Virus record (IMG/VR): IMGVR_UViG_3300021958_011541
Span: 16,001 to 80,000 of that record
Reading direction: 5' to 3' (one strand)
DNA: 64,000 nucleotides
Source: a virus
Lineage: Duplodnaviria; Caudoviricetes
Shown here one piece after another: positions 55,604-64,000 of this stretch. The notes beneath the pieces were generated by a model. The model worked only from the letters and a program-made list of their open reading frames with translations, was not told the DNA's origin and ran no database searches. The position numbers and the translations under genes were made by a program. Every line of letters begins with the position of its first letter. Within the stretch, counting starts at the first letter, position 1.

Positions 55604-56656
55604 TTACCAGTCGCTTATATGAAATCCGCTTAGAGAATCAATAATCTGTTGTTGTTGTAATAGTAATCCAGAATTTATTGCGATAAGGTCTGCATTTTGC
55701 TTGGATAAAACCTGATTCTCTAAAGTAATTTCATGTATAGGAGGAATCCATTCTAATATCCTTTTATTTTGCGCAAGAACATGTTCAACCTTCGGGTTTA
55801 ATAACTCAAAAGCTGTATTAACTAAATTTGGATTTGGTTCAGTATTATATTTTATATCAAATGCTCCAGGAGATGACCTTAACATCATCCATTCGTGCCC
55901 AGCAACTCCATGATACATGAATTCTGCATACCCATAATTTCCAGTAATCGCCCAACTTAAATTACCATCAATTTTTTCATATTCGAAAGCGGGACAAATA
56001 TGATAAGTATTAAAACCTTTATGGACTTGACCTACGCCTGTACCATCTATTTTAATTAAAACTTTTTGACCCTGTTCTGGATTAGATGGCAAATGTATAT
56101 CAAATTCTTGCGTATTTGCTGAATCGTTTTCTACTATAATTATCTGATCATCATCTTCCAGGTAAGTAGGATAAGGATGGCTTAAGTCAAATGTTTTAAC
56201 TCTAGGAAAAATTTTTTCAACTAGATTAATATTTCTACCAGTTCTATCATTTCGAGCATAATAATTATAAGCAACCATATCATCTCCAGAAATATGCTGG
56301 CCAGTTATATTTCCTATGATTTCGTTTGCGTGAATTTCTGCTGCATAAAGATTTCCTTCTATTATAGCATTTCCATCTTCTACATTTAATTTAATATTAT
56401 TAAAATTACCCGTATCATTAATAAAATATTGCTCATTATCGTAAAATATATCAGACCCCTCTCCGTTGGTAAATATATTTATATGCTTCTGAGTTAAATC
56501 CCCTGAATTTCCAGATACAATTTCTAGGTGGTCGTAAATTCTATTAGTCCACAAAAACTGACCTGAAACTTCTTCCTCTAAATCAAAAAGGCCTTTTGCC
56601 AACGCATTTAAAGTTGTAGTCAGTCCGTCAATTTGTTTTATCTGAATCAAATTCAT
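55604..56656 (-). CDS. Putative virion structural or fibre-associated protein
   Basis: N/G/I-rich beta-type composition with coiled-coil ends; isolated minus-strand gene with GTGTA at 56670-56674. Confidence 0.5.
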   Translation of the reverse strand: MNLIQIKQIDGLTTTLNALAKGLFDLEEEVSGQFLWTNRIYDHLEIVSGNSGDLTQKHINIFTNGEGSDIFYDNEQYFINDTGNFNNIKLNVEDGNAIIEGNLYAAEIHANEIIGNITGQHISGDDMVAYNYYARNDRTGRNINLVEKIFPRVKTFDLSHPYPTYLEDDDQIIIVENDSANTQEFDIHLPSNPEQGQKVLIKIDGTGVGQVHKGFNTYHICPAFEYEKIDGNLSWAITGNYGYAEFMYHGVAGHEWMMLRSSPGAFDIKYNTEPNPNLVNTAFELLNPKVEHVLAQNKRILEWIPPIHEITLENQVLSKQNADLIAINSGLLLQQQQIIDSLSGFHISDW

Positions 56657-56713
56657 ACCTTATATAATATACACAAAAAACTAGATTTATAATAATATAG
56701 TTATATTATCGGC

Positions 56714-57301
56714 ATGAGCATATCTTTATACAAACCTAACTCTAAAAACACTGGATGCGGTTTTAGTTTTCAGTCTGGCCTAGATAAGAAAACTAAATTA
56801 ACAACTTTGTATGTAAAAGCCATTAAACAACATTCTTGGGACAGTAGCAAAAAACAAGGTTATTTCGCACAAAATGCAAAAGTGCCAGATAAAAATATAG
56901 CTATCAAATTTAATGAATTCGAGTGTGGAGAAATTATCAACGCCATTAAAAACAGAAAAGAATATTCTACTTTTCATAGCTTTGGAGAGGATAAAACTGT
57001 AATTAAGTTTGCCCCTTGGGATAAGAAATCAAAAAAATCTTTTAAAAATCCAGATACAGATCAATGGGAAGAAAAATGGGTTACGCTTGAAGCATTCTCT
57101 TTAAGTTTTACGCGTAACGGAAATCAGTTATTTGGCATAGGAATCGAACCTGGAGAAGCGCAATGCATACTTGAGTTTATGAAATTTATACTGCATAAAA
57201 TATATTCAGAAAGAAATGCCATCGATATGTCAAAACTCAATAACCCCGATCAATATAAAGATGTCGAACAAGAAGAAAGCCCTGAGTCAGCCCCCTTCTA
57301 A
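56714..57301 (+). CDS. Hypothetical protein with acidic tail ending APF
   Basis: 195 aa; tail resembles SSB-type C-termini. Confidence 0.75.
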   Translation: MSISLYKPNSKNTGCGFSFQSGLDKKTKLTTLYVKAIKQHSWDSSKKQGYFAQNAKVPDKNIAIKFNEFECGEIINAIKNRKEYSTFHSFGEDKTVIKFAPWDKKSKKSFKNPDTDQWEEKWVTLEAFSLSFTRNGNQLFGIGIEPGEAQCILEFMKFILHKIYSERNAIDMSKLNNPDQYKDVEQEESPESAPF

Positions 57302-59177
57302 AAAAAAGGTATTTTTTCATAGTTGCCACTCTAGACAGTTTTCTGGTTTCGGAAAAAACTGCAAAAATATATTAAAATATTTACACTCTACAGGTAAATA
57401 TGAAATTATCGAATTCGCAAATGCTTATAAAGAAAATGATCCAACTCTAAAAACGTTACCATGGAAATGTATTGGCTCTGGACCATCTGACCCTCAAGAG
57501 ATTATTAAACACAATTCTAATCCAGACTCAAGTAAACGAATGTCTTATGGTTTGCTAAATATAGATAAATTTATAAAAGAAGAAAAGCCCGATGTATACA
57601 TTGGTGCTGAAGATATATGGGCATTAATGGAATTAACCAATAAGCCTTGGTGGAATAAAATAAATTGTATGATCTGGACAACCTTAGATAGTCTTCCGAT
57701 TTTTCCAGAAGCTATTAATTTAGGACACACAATAAAACATTATTACACTTGGGCAACCTTTGCAAGCGACGCATTAAGAGAGAAAAATATAAAACATGCA
57801 AACTGCCTACATGGAGCGGTCGAGACAAAAAACTTTTTTAAAATGAAAGAAGAAGAAAGAAGTGCCTTAAGAAAGTTTCATAAATTAAGCGACGAATTTA
57901 TTGTTGGTTTTGTTTTTAGAAATCAATTAAGAAAAAGCGTTCCTAATTTACTTAAGGGTTTTCAAGATTTTAAAAACAACATAAGCTCAAACCAAAAAAC
58001 AAAACTACTACTACATACTGGGTGGCATGAAGGATGGGACATAACATCCTTAATGATTGAAAATGGAATAAATCAAAATGACGTATTAACAACTTACCTC
58101 TGTAAAAACTGTAAAAAATATTCTATCAAACCATTTACAACAAGAAACGAAGATTGTCCATTTTGCCAATCAAAAAAAACTTTAAGTACTATAACTGTAA
58201 AAGATAGTCCAACAGAAAAACAACTAAATGAAATTTATAATTTAATGGATGTATATTGTCACCCATTTACTAGTGGAGGACAAGAAATACCTATTCAAGA
58301 AGCAAAGCTTACAGAATTAATTACTTTATCAACAAACTATAGTTGCGGAACAGATATGTGTAAACCAAACTCTGGAGGATTTCCGCTTAAATGGTCTGAA
58401 TTCAGAGAGCAAACAACTCAATTCATCAAAGCAAGTACAGACCACCAATCAATATCAGAAAACTTACTTATGGTCCTAAAACTTAGCGACGAAGAAAAGA
58501 AGTCGTTAGGTAAACAGGCTAGAGAATTTGTAATTAACAATTACTCCGTTCCAGTAATAGGAAAAAAACTAGAATCAATTATAGATAATATGCCAGACAT
58601 AGATTACGATTTTGTATTCGAAAAACGTAAGTTAAATCTAGACTTCAAACCAAAAGAAGAATTAAATGATCTAGAATGGCTCATAGATATTTATAAAAAC
58701 ATGCTAGGTGTTTACCAAACTCAACACGATAAAGATGTCCAATACTGGATGGAAAAAATTTCTGAAGGAGCCAAAAGAAAAGATTTATACAAAAAATTTC
58801 AGTCGATCTGCAGAATGGAACTTGATAAACGAGAGAATGATAAAAAACTAGACGACTTCATTTCGAAAGAAAAAGAAAAAGTCATAGGCGTTAGGGCAGA
58901 AGCAAACGAATACCATGTACTCATGGCATCAAGTTTTATTGATTCAATAAAAAAAGAACCTTGTTATAAAAATTCAAAGCTTATTTTTTTCTGTCCCCAC
59001 GAATATAAAGATGTTATTCGCAATAATCAAAATATAGACCTCATTATTCCACCAGACCAAAGAACTCTGGATCATAAATTTTTATCTAAGCATTTTAAAT
59101 CTTTTATAAATGTCGATTTAATTCTCTCTCACAACCCCGAACAGATCACTCAATCTGAAATCAATCAATTTGCATGA
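57216..59177 (+). CDS. Large GT4-like glycosyltransferase with zinc-ribbon insertion; likely start 57261
   Basis: FRNQLRK, HPFTSGGQEIPIQEAK; CKNC...CPFC insert. Confidence 0.85.
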   Translation: MPSICQNSITPINIKMSNKKKALSQPPSKKKVFFHSCHSRQFSGFGKNCKNILKYLHSTGKYEIIEFANAYKENDPTLKTLPWKCIGSGPSDPQEIIKHNSNPDSSKRMSYGLLNIDKFIKEEKPDVYIGAEDIWALMELTNKPWWNKINCMIWTTLDSLPIFPEAINLGHTIKHYYTWATFASDALREKNIKHANCLHGAVETKNFFKMKEEERSALRKFHKLSDEFIVGFVFRNQLRKSVPNLLKGFQDFKNNISSNQKTKLLLHTGWHEGWDITSLMIENGINQNDVLTTYLCKNCKKYSIKPFTTRNEDCPFCQSKKTLSTITVKDSPTEKQLNEIYNLMDVYCHPFTSGGQEIPIQEAKLTELITLSTNYSCGTDMCKPNSGGFPLKWSEFREQTTQFIKASTDHQSISENLLMVLKLSDEEKKSLGKQAREFVINNYSVPVIGKKLESIIDNMPDIDYDFVFEKRKLNLDFKPKEELNDLEWLIDIYKNMLGVYQTQHDKDVQYWMEKISEGAKRKDLYKKFQSICRMELDKRENDKKLDDFISKEKEKVIGVRAEANEYHVLMASSFIDSIKKEPCYKNSKLIFFCPHEYKDVIRNNQNIDLIIPPDQRTLDHKFLSKHFKSFINVDLILSHNPEQITQSEINQFA

Positions 59178-60286
59178 ATATATCTGAAAAATTATCACTA
59201 TCATCAGGACTCAAAATAAATAAACCCTTTATATATGAGCGTTTTTTTCCTCCTCCTAGTCAAAAATATATATTAGTAGAAAATAATAGTAGACCTGGCT
59301 TATTCGAATACAAGAGCTTTGACGAATTATCTGCAATAATCTTCCCATTTTTAGCAAAAGAAAATATTGAAATATTTCAGTATAAAATCAATCCACAAGA
59401 CTCAAATATATTTAGGGTTAAACAATTAAATAAAATTCCACTACAACAACTAAACAATTTAATTAAGCACTCTAGTTTAATTATTACTAACAATCCTTAT
59501 ACTGCTCACATATCTAATGTATTTAATGTTAAAAATATTTTCCTACATAAAGAAGAGCTTTACCCCTTACATACTCCACAATATTCTAATTCTACCACAA
59601 CAATAAAAGGGGGAACGAATTGCTTTCCAGAATTAATTTGTAAAGAAATTTTAAAAACTTTCGAAATAGATTCTATTCTATCTAAGATTAACCCAATATA
59701 TAAAGGCAAAAAATACGAACAAAAAAGAATTGAATGCGTCCCTGACTTTGACATTAAGCAAAATCCAATCAAAGATCAATTTATTACAATTCGGGCAGAT
59801 TTACATTTTAATTTACAAAATATATTAAATCTAATTATGAACAATCAGTCAGTATTAAAATGCAATCAAATCCCTAATTTAAAATATTTAACTAATCCCT
59901 CTATCTCTAAAAACTTAAAAGAAATTATATACGAAGTATTTGATACTACTACAGAAAAAGAAATGAGTAACTTAAATGATTTAAATAAACCTGTAACTTT
60001 TTTCACAAAAGATGAAGAAAATTTAAACAAAATACGATTAAAACATATCGACTACTCAATAGACTTTACATGCAAAAATAAAAACCTTGACAAATTAAAG
60101 TCGTTATGCAATAATAAAATATATTATAAATCATCCAAAGTAATAATGTCAAACAACAATCAATACAGTAGCGAAACTAATTGGAAAAAAAATATCCAAA
60201 TAAGCAACTCGTTTGAAGAAATATCACCTAGTGAAGATTTTGCGCAAGAATTAGAAGAATTTAAATTATTTCAATTAAATGACTAA
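59174..60286 (+). CDS. Degenerate GT9 (heptosyltransferase)-like protein
   Basis: LQQLNNLIKHSSLIITNNPYTAHIS resembles the GT9 'L..A.L.IG.DS...H.A' motif. Confidence 0.5.
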   Translation: MNISEKLSLSSGLKINKPFIYERFFPPPSQKYILVENNSRPGLFEYKSFDELSAIIFPFLAKENIEIFQYKINPQDSNIFRVKQLNKIPLQQLNNLIKHSSLIITNNPYTAHISNVFNVKNIFLHKEELYPLHTPQYSNSTTTIKGGTNCFPELICKEILKTFEIDSILSKINPIYKGKKYEQKRIECVPDFDIKQNPIKDQFITIRADLHFNLQNILNLIMNNQSVLKCNQIPNLKYLTNPSISKNLKEIIYEVFDTTTEKEMSNLNDLNKPVTFFTKDEENLNKIRLKHIDYSIDFTCKNKNLDKLKSLCNNKIYYKSSKVIMSNNNQYSSETNWKKNIQISNSFEEISPSEDFAQELEEFKLFQLND

Positions 60287-61097
60287 ACAAAAAGAAACAG
60301 GAACCTATCAAGGTCCAATTGGAGATAAAGGACCTTTAGGTCCTCCAGGAGCAGATAATAGCTTTGGGCCGAATTTCTACTCTAGAGACGAACACGGTTT
60401 GCTTAAGACCGTTCAATATGAATTCAATGAAGATGGCTCTATCAACTGGAGAGCAATGATTAAAGAAGAGCATTTGTTTCCTAATAAATCCCATTTTGAA
60501 ATGTATAAAAAACCTTTACCTAAGTCCATCAAAGGGCTTAAGGACAACCAGTTATTAATTAAACTATCAGGAATTAAAGAATTAGCAAAATTAAGAGGCT
60601 TTACTAACGTAACTTATGACACTGTAAGATGCGAACAGAATCATGTAGCTGTATCTTGTGGAATATCTTTTATCGGAAACTACGAAACAGGAGGTGAAGA
60701 AATATTCTTTCAAGATATGGCTAATGCAACACTTAATAACACAAGTAGTTTTGCAACTAAATTCTTAGAAACAATAGCTTGTAATAGAGCTTTTGTTAGA
60801 TGTGTAAGAAACTTTTTAAATGTGCATATTGTTGGTGACGATGAAATAGATAAATCTGAAAAAGAACCTATTTCTCAAGTCCCAACCACACAAACCTCTA
60901 CATCACTTTCTCCGAATTCTTTATTAACAAGTTACCTAAGCAATGAAAAGGGGATTAAATCCTTTGAAGAATTTAAAGACTTCTTAAGGATTTTATGGGC
61001 GGAAGATAAATACAGAAATGATGACATTAAAAATTGGTCTTCATTCTCAGATATACCAGCAAAAGAAGCAAGGATTTTATTAGGATTAATTAAATAA
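60279..61097 (+). CDS. Hypothetical protein, possibly Rad52/Sak-like ssDNA annealing protein
   Basis: LIKLSGIKELA...VAVSCGI.F...A.A...N...ETIACNRAFVRCVRNFL; five Gly-X-Y triplets near the N-terminus. Confidence 0.45.
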   Translation: MTKQKETGTYQGPIGDKGPLGPPGADNSFGPNFYSRDEHGLLKTVQYEFNEDGSINWRAMIKEEHLFPNKSHFEMYKKPLPKSIKGLKDNQLLIKLSGIKELAKLRGFTNVTYDTVRCEQNHVAVSCGISFIGNYETGGEEIFFQDMANATLNNTSSFATKFLETIACNRAFVRCVRNFLNVHIVGDDEIDKSEKEPISQVPTTQTSTSLSPNSLLTSYLSNEKGIKSFEEFKDFLRILWAEDKYRNDDIKNWSSFSDIPAKEARILLGLIK

Positions 61098-61160
61098 TAT
61101 AAAATAAACTTTAGGGATCAAGAAAAGTGTATATAATATACTGTACTCTTTCTATCCTTA

Positions 61161-64000
61161 ATGGCATATAATCCATCATTTCAATTTTTCGACGAAGGCG
61201 AAACTGAATTCGGCATTCTTAGGCCATATGTTCAATTTACCGAGCTAGATCAGTCTCTAGAAGGAGACCCTTCAGAATACACAATAAATGGTGCAGATCA
61301 TAATAGAGCGCTAACCTTATTTCAAGTTAAAGTTCAGACAATTTGTCCCCCAGGGGGGCCATATGCGCACTGTCTATGTGGCCCACCTCCTGCTTCAGTT
61401 GTATGTTGTGGTGGAGCCCACTTTTGTGCAAAAAGTGGCTCAGCAATGACTGAAGAAGGATTCTGCCAAGTAGGTAAAGGTTATGATTGGACATGTTCGG
61501 ATGGAACTTGTGGACCTAAAGCAAATATAGAAGATCAGTGCTGTGATGGAGAACCTTGGGCAGGTTCTCGATGCGAAGCAGAAAGCGCATTCAGCGACCC
61601 AGACGAAGATGAAGATCCATTTGCAATTTCTGGACCTCCTAGTTTACCTTTACCCCCCCTGTTTCCTCCATTTATTCCTGATGAAGAACAGAAACATCAT
61701 AAATATACTGGCTTTATAGACGACTATTTAACAGATGAGCCATGCGATAAAGACGGAAACCCCCTGCCTCAAATTCATATTCATTTAGCGAATGGCTCTG
61801 TAGTTAATTCATATTTAGACTGCCAAATTAACTCAAATGCTGTTATGAAAAACCCTGGGCTAGGCAGATTACAAATTAACGCTAAAGAAGGCGGAAATCA
61901 GGGTATTGGGAGGGGCGGGCGACCTTGGGGCAGTATTATTCCTGATATAACAAACACGCCTGGCGAAAATCCTTGGCCTAAAGAAAAGGCAGACATGTAT
62001 GAAAGAATGATGGAATACATGATTCCAGGTGCAGAAGCAGCGGTTAAAAAATATTTTGGCTTTGATCCAAAACCAAGCGACCCTTACGACGTTTTAATTG
62101 TAGCAAACGGATTTGGTTTTTACAATAAACGATATGACCAGGCTTTAGCTTACGTACTTTCGAATCATTTTAATGATGGAACCGCTGAAGTTGTAGAAAT
62201 GGCGCTCAGTCTACCAGTCGCGTTACAACAATGGAATTCGGGAAACAAACATGAACTTTATCACACAGTACTTCATGAATTAGTCCACCTTTTTCAAGCA
62301 CAAAATTCTTATTTTGCAAATGTAACAGGAGCAAACCCCAAACAAGTTTTTGGACGTGGCGCATCATTGTATAATAATTTTTGGCAAGCGAGTTGGTTCA
62401 ATGAGGGACTTGCTGAATTATTAGGTGGCGGAGATAGTCGTCTGAAAGCTGACTATTATGGACTCAGGAATATGAGAAACCCTGACAGAACATTAAAATA
62501 TCCTACTCACAAGTCTGTTATTAAAGAAATGGTCTATGCCGTAGGTCCAAGAGGACAAGGAAAATGGACCAGAGATAATCAAGGTATAGAAAGAAGATTA
62601 GAGCCTCACGAGCAAGGAGACGGCGGGTGGGATCATTCGTTTGAATATGATGGAGCAATTATTGTTGTAAGATATTTAGACTACATGATCAGAAAACAAG
62701 TTTCTCCATTAGGCATTAAACACATGACCTTATGGATGAAAAAACAATATGACAATAAAGCAGGAACTTATAACTCTGGAATTAGTCAATATTTTTCTAA
62801 GCACTTTAAAGGTTCTAGTGCAAGCGCTCAAATTGGAATTAATTTCAATACATCAAGTTTTATTTTTGGAGCAGGAACTAAAGATTATTCAGACTTTGGA
62901 AGCTTTTTGGATGATTTTGGTGATTTTGGGCAAGACTGGATCGATGACCCACAAGGAATGGATTTTCCAAACAAGGTTCTTAAAGATACTGCAGATAGCG
63001 ATCAAGGAGCTTATGCTGGAACGGATGTAGGAGGGGGCGAAACTACAGGAAAAGATTGGATTGTTGATCTCATGGAGGGCTCAGATAACCCTAGAAAAAT
63101 CCAAGGGGCTGCAAATGCTCCTACCAGTAACGGACCCGTAGGAGGAACAAGTACACCTCCTTCTCCTGGATCAGGAGGTGCGCCTGCACCAGCAGGATCA
63201 GGAGGAGCCCCTTCAAATTCTCCTGGTAGATCTAGCCCAGTGACTTCTGATTATGAATATAATTGGGAAAACCAGTGTAAACCAGAACAAACTCCTCCAA
63301 AAAATTTGCTTAGTTTAAGTACTTTAGATTTATATTGGCAAGACGGTGATGATGAAGGAGTTGGCCAAACTCCTGGCTCAAATGCTGTGCCCAAAGTTCC
63401 CTGGCCAGGCGCTCCGCATAGAGGCCTACCTGTAAGATTTCAAAGAGTTTATTTTGATGCTACACGAACAGATAGCAAAGGAGATCCAGCTCAAGGTTTT
63501 GACAGTCCTTGTTGTACAAGAGATTGCGAAAACGAGTTATGTACAGGTAACGAAGATGAAGATCCTTGCAACACTGCAGTAAGAGAATATTCCGCCTATT
63601 TTTTAGTTGCTGACCCAGTTTTAATTGAGCCAGAAATTTGTCAAGTTTACGGAAATTACGAAGATGAACATGATTTCGGTTCAATTACTGACTGGGGTAA
63701 AAACGGAAGAAATGCTTTAGTCATAGGTAGATCCGCTTGTTGTGACAATGCAGGGCCTCCAGGCCCCCCAGGCCCCCCAGGCCCCAAAGGCCCCCCAGGC
63801 CCTCCAGGCCCAGCAGGCCCTCCAGGCCCAGAAGGCCCTCCAGGCCCAGAAGGCCCTCCAGGCCCAGAAGGTCCTCCAGGCCCAGAAGGCCCTCCAGGTC
63901 CAGAAGGTCCCCCAGGCCCAGCAGGCCCTCCAGGCCCAGCAGGCCCTCCAGGCGAAAAAGGAGATGCGGGTCCTCCAGGTGCAGCGGGTCCTCCAGGGGC
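61161..64000 (+). CDS. Large Cys-rich protein (>946 aa, truncated at window end) with gluzincin zinc-metallopeptidase domain and collagen repeats; probable virion fibre
   Basis: Manual translation from ATG 61161 is open to the end; HELVH at 62274-62288, WFNEGLAE near 62394-62417; Gly-X-Y from 63753; missing from the track because no stop is in the window. Confidence 0.88.
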   Translation, partial: MAYNPSFQFFDEGETEFGILRPYVQFTELDQSLEGDPSEYTINGADHNRALTLFQVKVQTICPPGGPYAHCLCGPPPASVVCCGGAHFCAKSGSAMTEEGFCQVGKGYDWTCSDGTCGPKANIEDQCCDGEPWAGSRCEAESAFSDPDEDEDPFAISGPPSLPLPPLFPPFIPDEEQKHHKYTGFIDDYLTDEPCDKDGNPLPQIHIHLANGSVVNSYLDCQINSNAVMKNPGLGRLQINAKEGGNQGIGRGGRPWGSIIPDITNTPGENPWPKEKADMYERMMEYMIPGAEAAVKKYFGFDPKPSDPYDVLIVANGFGFYNKRYDQALAYVLSNHFNDGTAEVVEMALSLPVALQQWNSGNKHELYHTVLHELVHLFQAQNSYFANVTGANPKQVFGRGASLYNNFWQASWFNEGLAELLGGGDSRLKADYYGLRNMRNPDRTLKYPTHKSVIKEMVYAVGPRGQGKWTRDNQGIERRLEPHEQGDGGWDHSFEYDGAIIVVRYLDYMIRKQVSPLGIKHMTLWMKKQYDNKAGTYNSGISQYFSKHFKGSSASAQIGINFNTSSFIFGAGTKDYSDFGSFLDDFGDFGQDWIDDPQGMDFPNKVLKDTADSDQGAYAGTDVGGGETTGKDWIVDLMEGSDNPRKIQGAANAPTSNGPVGGTSTPPSPGSGGAPAPAGSGGAPSNSPGRSSPVTSDYEYNWENQCKPEQTPPKNLLSLSTLDLYWQDGDDEGVGQTPGSNAVPKVPWPGAPHRGLPVRFQRVYFDATRTDSKGDPAQGFDSPCCTRDCENELCTGNEDEDPCNTAVREYSAYFLVADPVLIEPEICQVYGNYEDEHDFGSITDWGKNGRNALVIGRSACCDNAGPPGPPGPPGPKGPPGPPGPAGPPGPEGPPGPEGPPGPEGPPGPEGPPGPEGPPGPAGPPGPAGPPGEKGDAGPPGAAGPPG
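63753..64000 (+). repeat. Collagen triple-helix coding repeat
   Basis: 27 uninterrupted Gly-X-Y triplets, 15 of them GPP; 18-nt unit ggccctccaggcccagaa/gca. Confidence 0.97.

Noticed and set aside
1134-63684. Many short ORFs overlapping recognised genes (e.g. 1134..1427, 2621..2839, 2706..2900, 9594..9788, 26820..27080, 33582..33998, 43077..43463, 62749..63030, 63460..63684)
   Set aside because: They lie antisense or off-frame within well-supported genes and show no motifs, as expected for shadows in AT-rich DNA
63753-64000. Possible CRISPR array or VNTR
   Set aside because: Units are 9/18 nt, in frame, without unique spacers, and encode Gly-X-Y
1-64000. Stop-codon reassignment (code 15 or 4)
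   Set aside because: Long conserved genes translate intact in code 11 and coding density is already high; TAA, TAG and TGA all occur as real stops
1-64000. Bacterial chromosome or integrated prophage
   Set aside because: No ribosomal, tRNA-synthetase or central metabolic genes, and no integrase or att pair seen; cannot be fully excluded without flanking sequence

Overview
AT-rich window best explained as part of a large dsDNA bacteriophage genome rather than a cellular chromosome. It has densely packed short genes, no ribosomal or other core housekeeping genes, and a phage-type set of replication and nucleotide genes: PhoH, dUTPase, dCMP deaminase, NrdAB, dNMP kinase, DnaB, DnaG, RecA, SSB, a sigma factor and a DnaE split over three genes. 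A Tat-type DUF1501 gene and a Chlamydia-type NrdB suggest a host in the PVC group (Verrucomicrobia/Planctomycetes); this is inference. Genes run almost all on the minus strand to ~49.2 kb, then on the plus strand. The switch point carries direct repeats, a palindrome and a winged-helix gene. Most notable: (1) a tmRNA with an unusually long, very basic tag directly downstream of a ClpC; (2) a promoter-driven, GC-enriched candidate ncRNA cut by the left edge; (3) a >946-aa Cys-rich protein with a flagellinolysin-like HExxH domain and GPP-rich collagen, cut by the right edge; (4) a class Ic-type NrdB lacking the radical tyrosine; (5) more than 20 glycan synthesis and modification genes; (6) a duplicated subtilase+FmdB-like cassette with one dead protease; (7) two promoter classes with very short or absent leaders; (8) a deletion scar fusing two 5' gene fragments. 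All assignments come from reading motifs by eye; no database searches were run.
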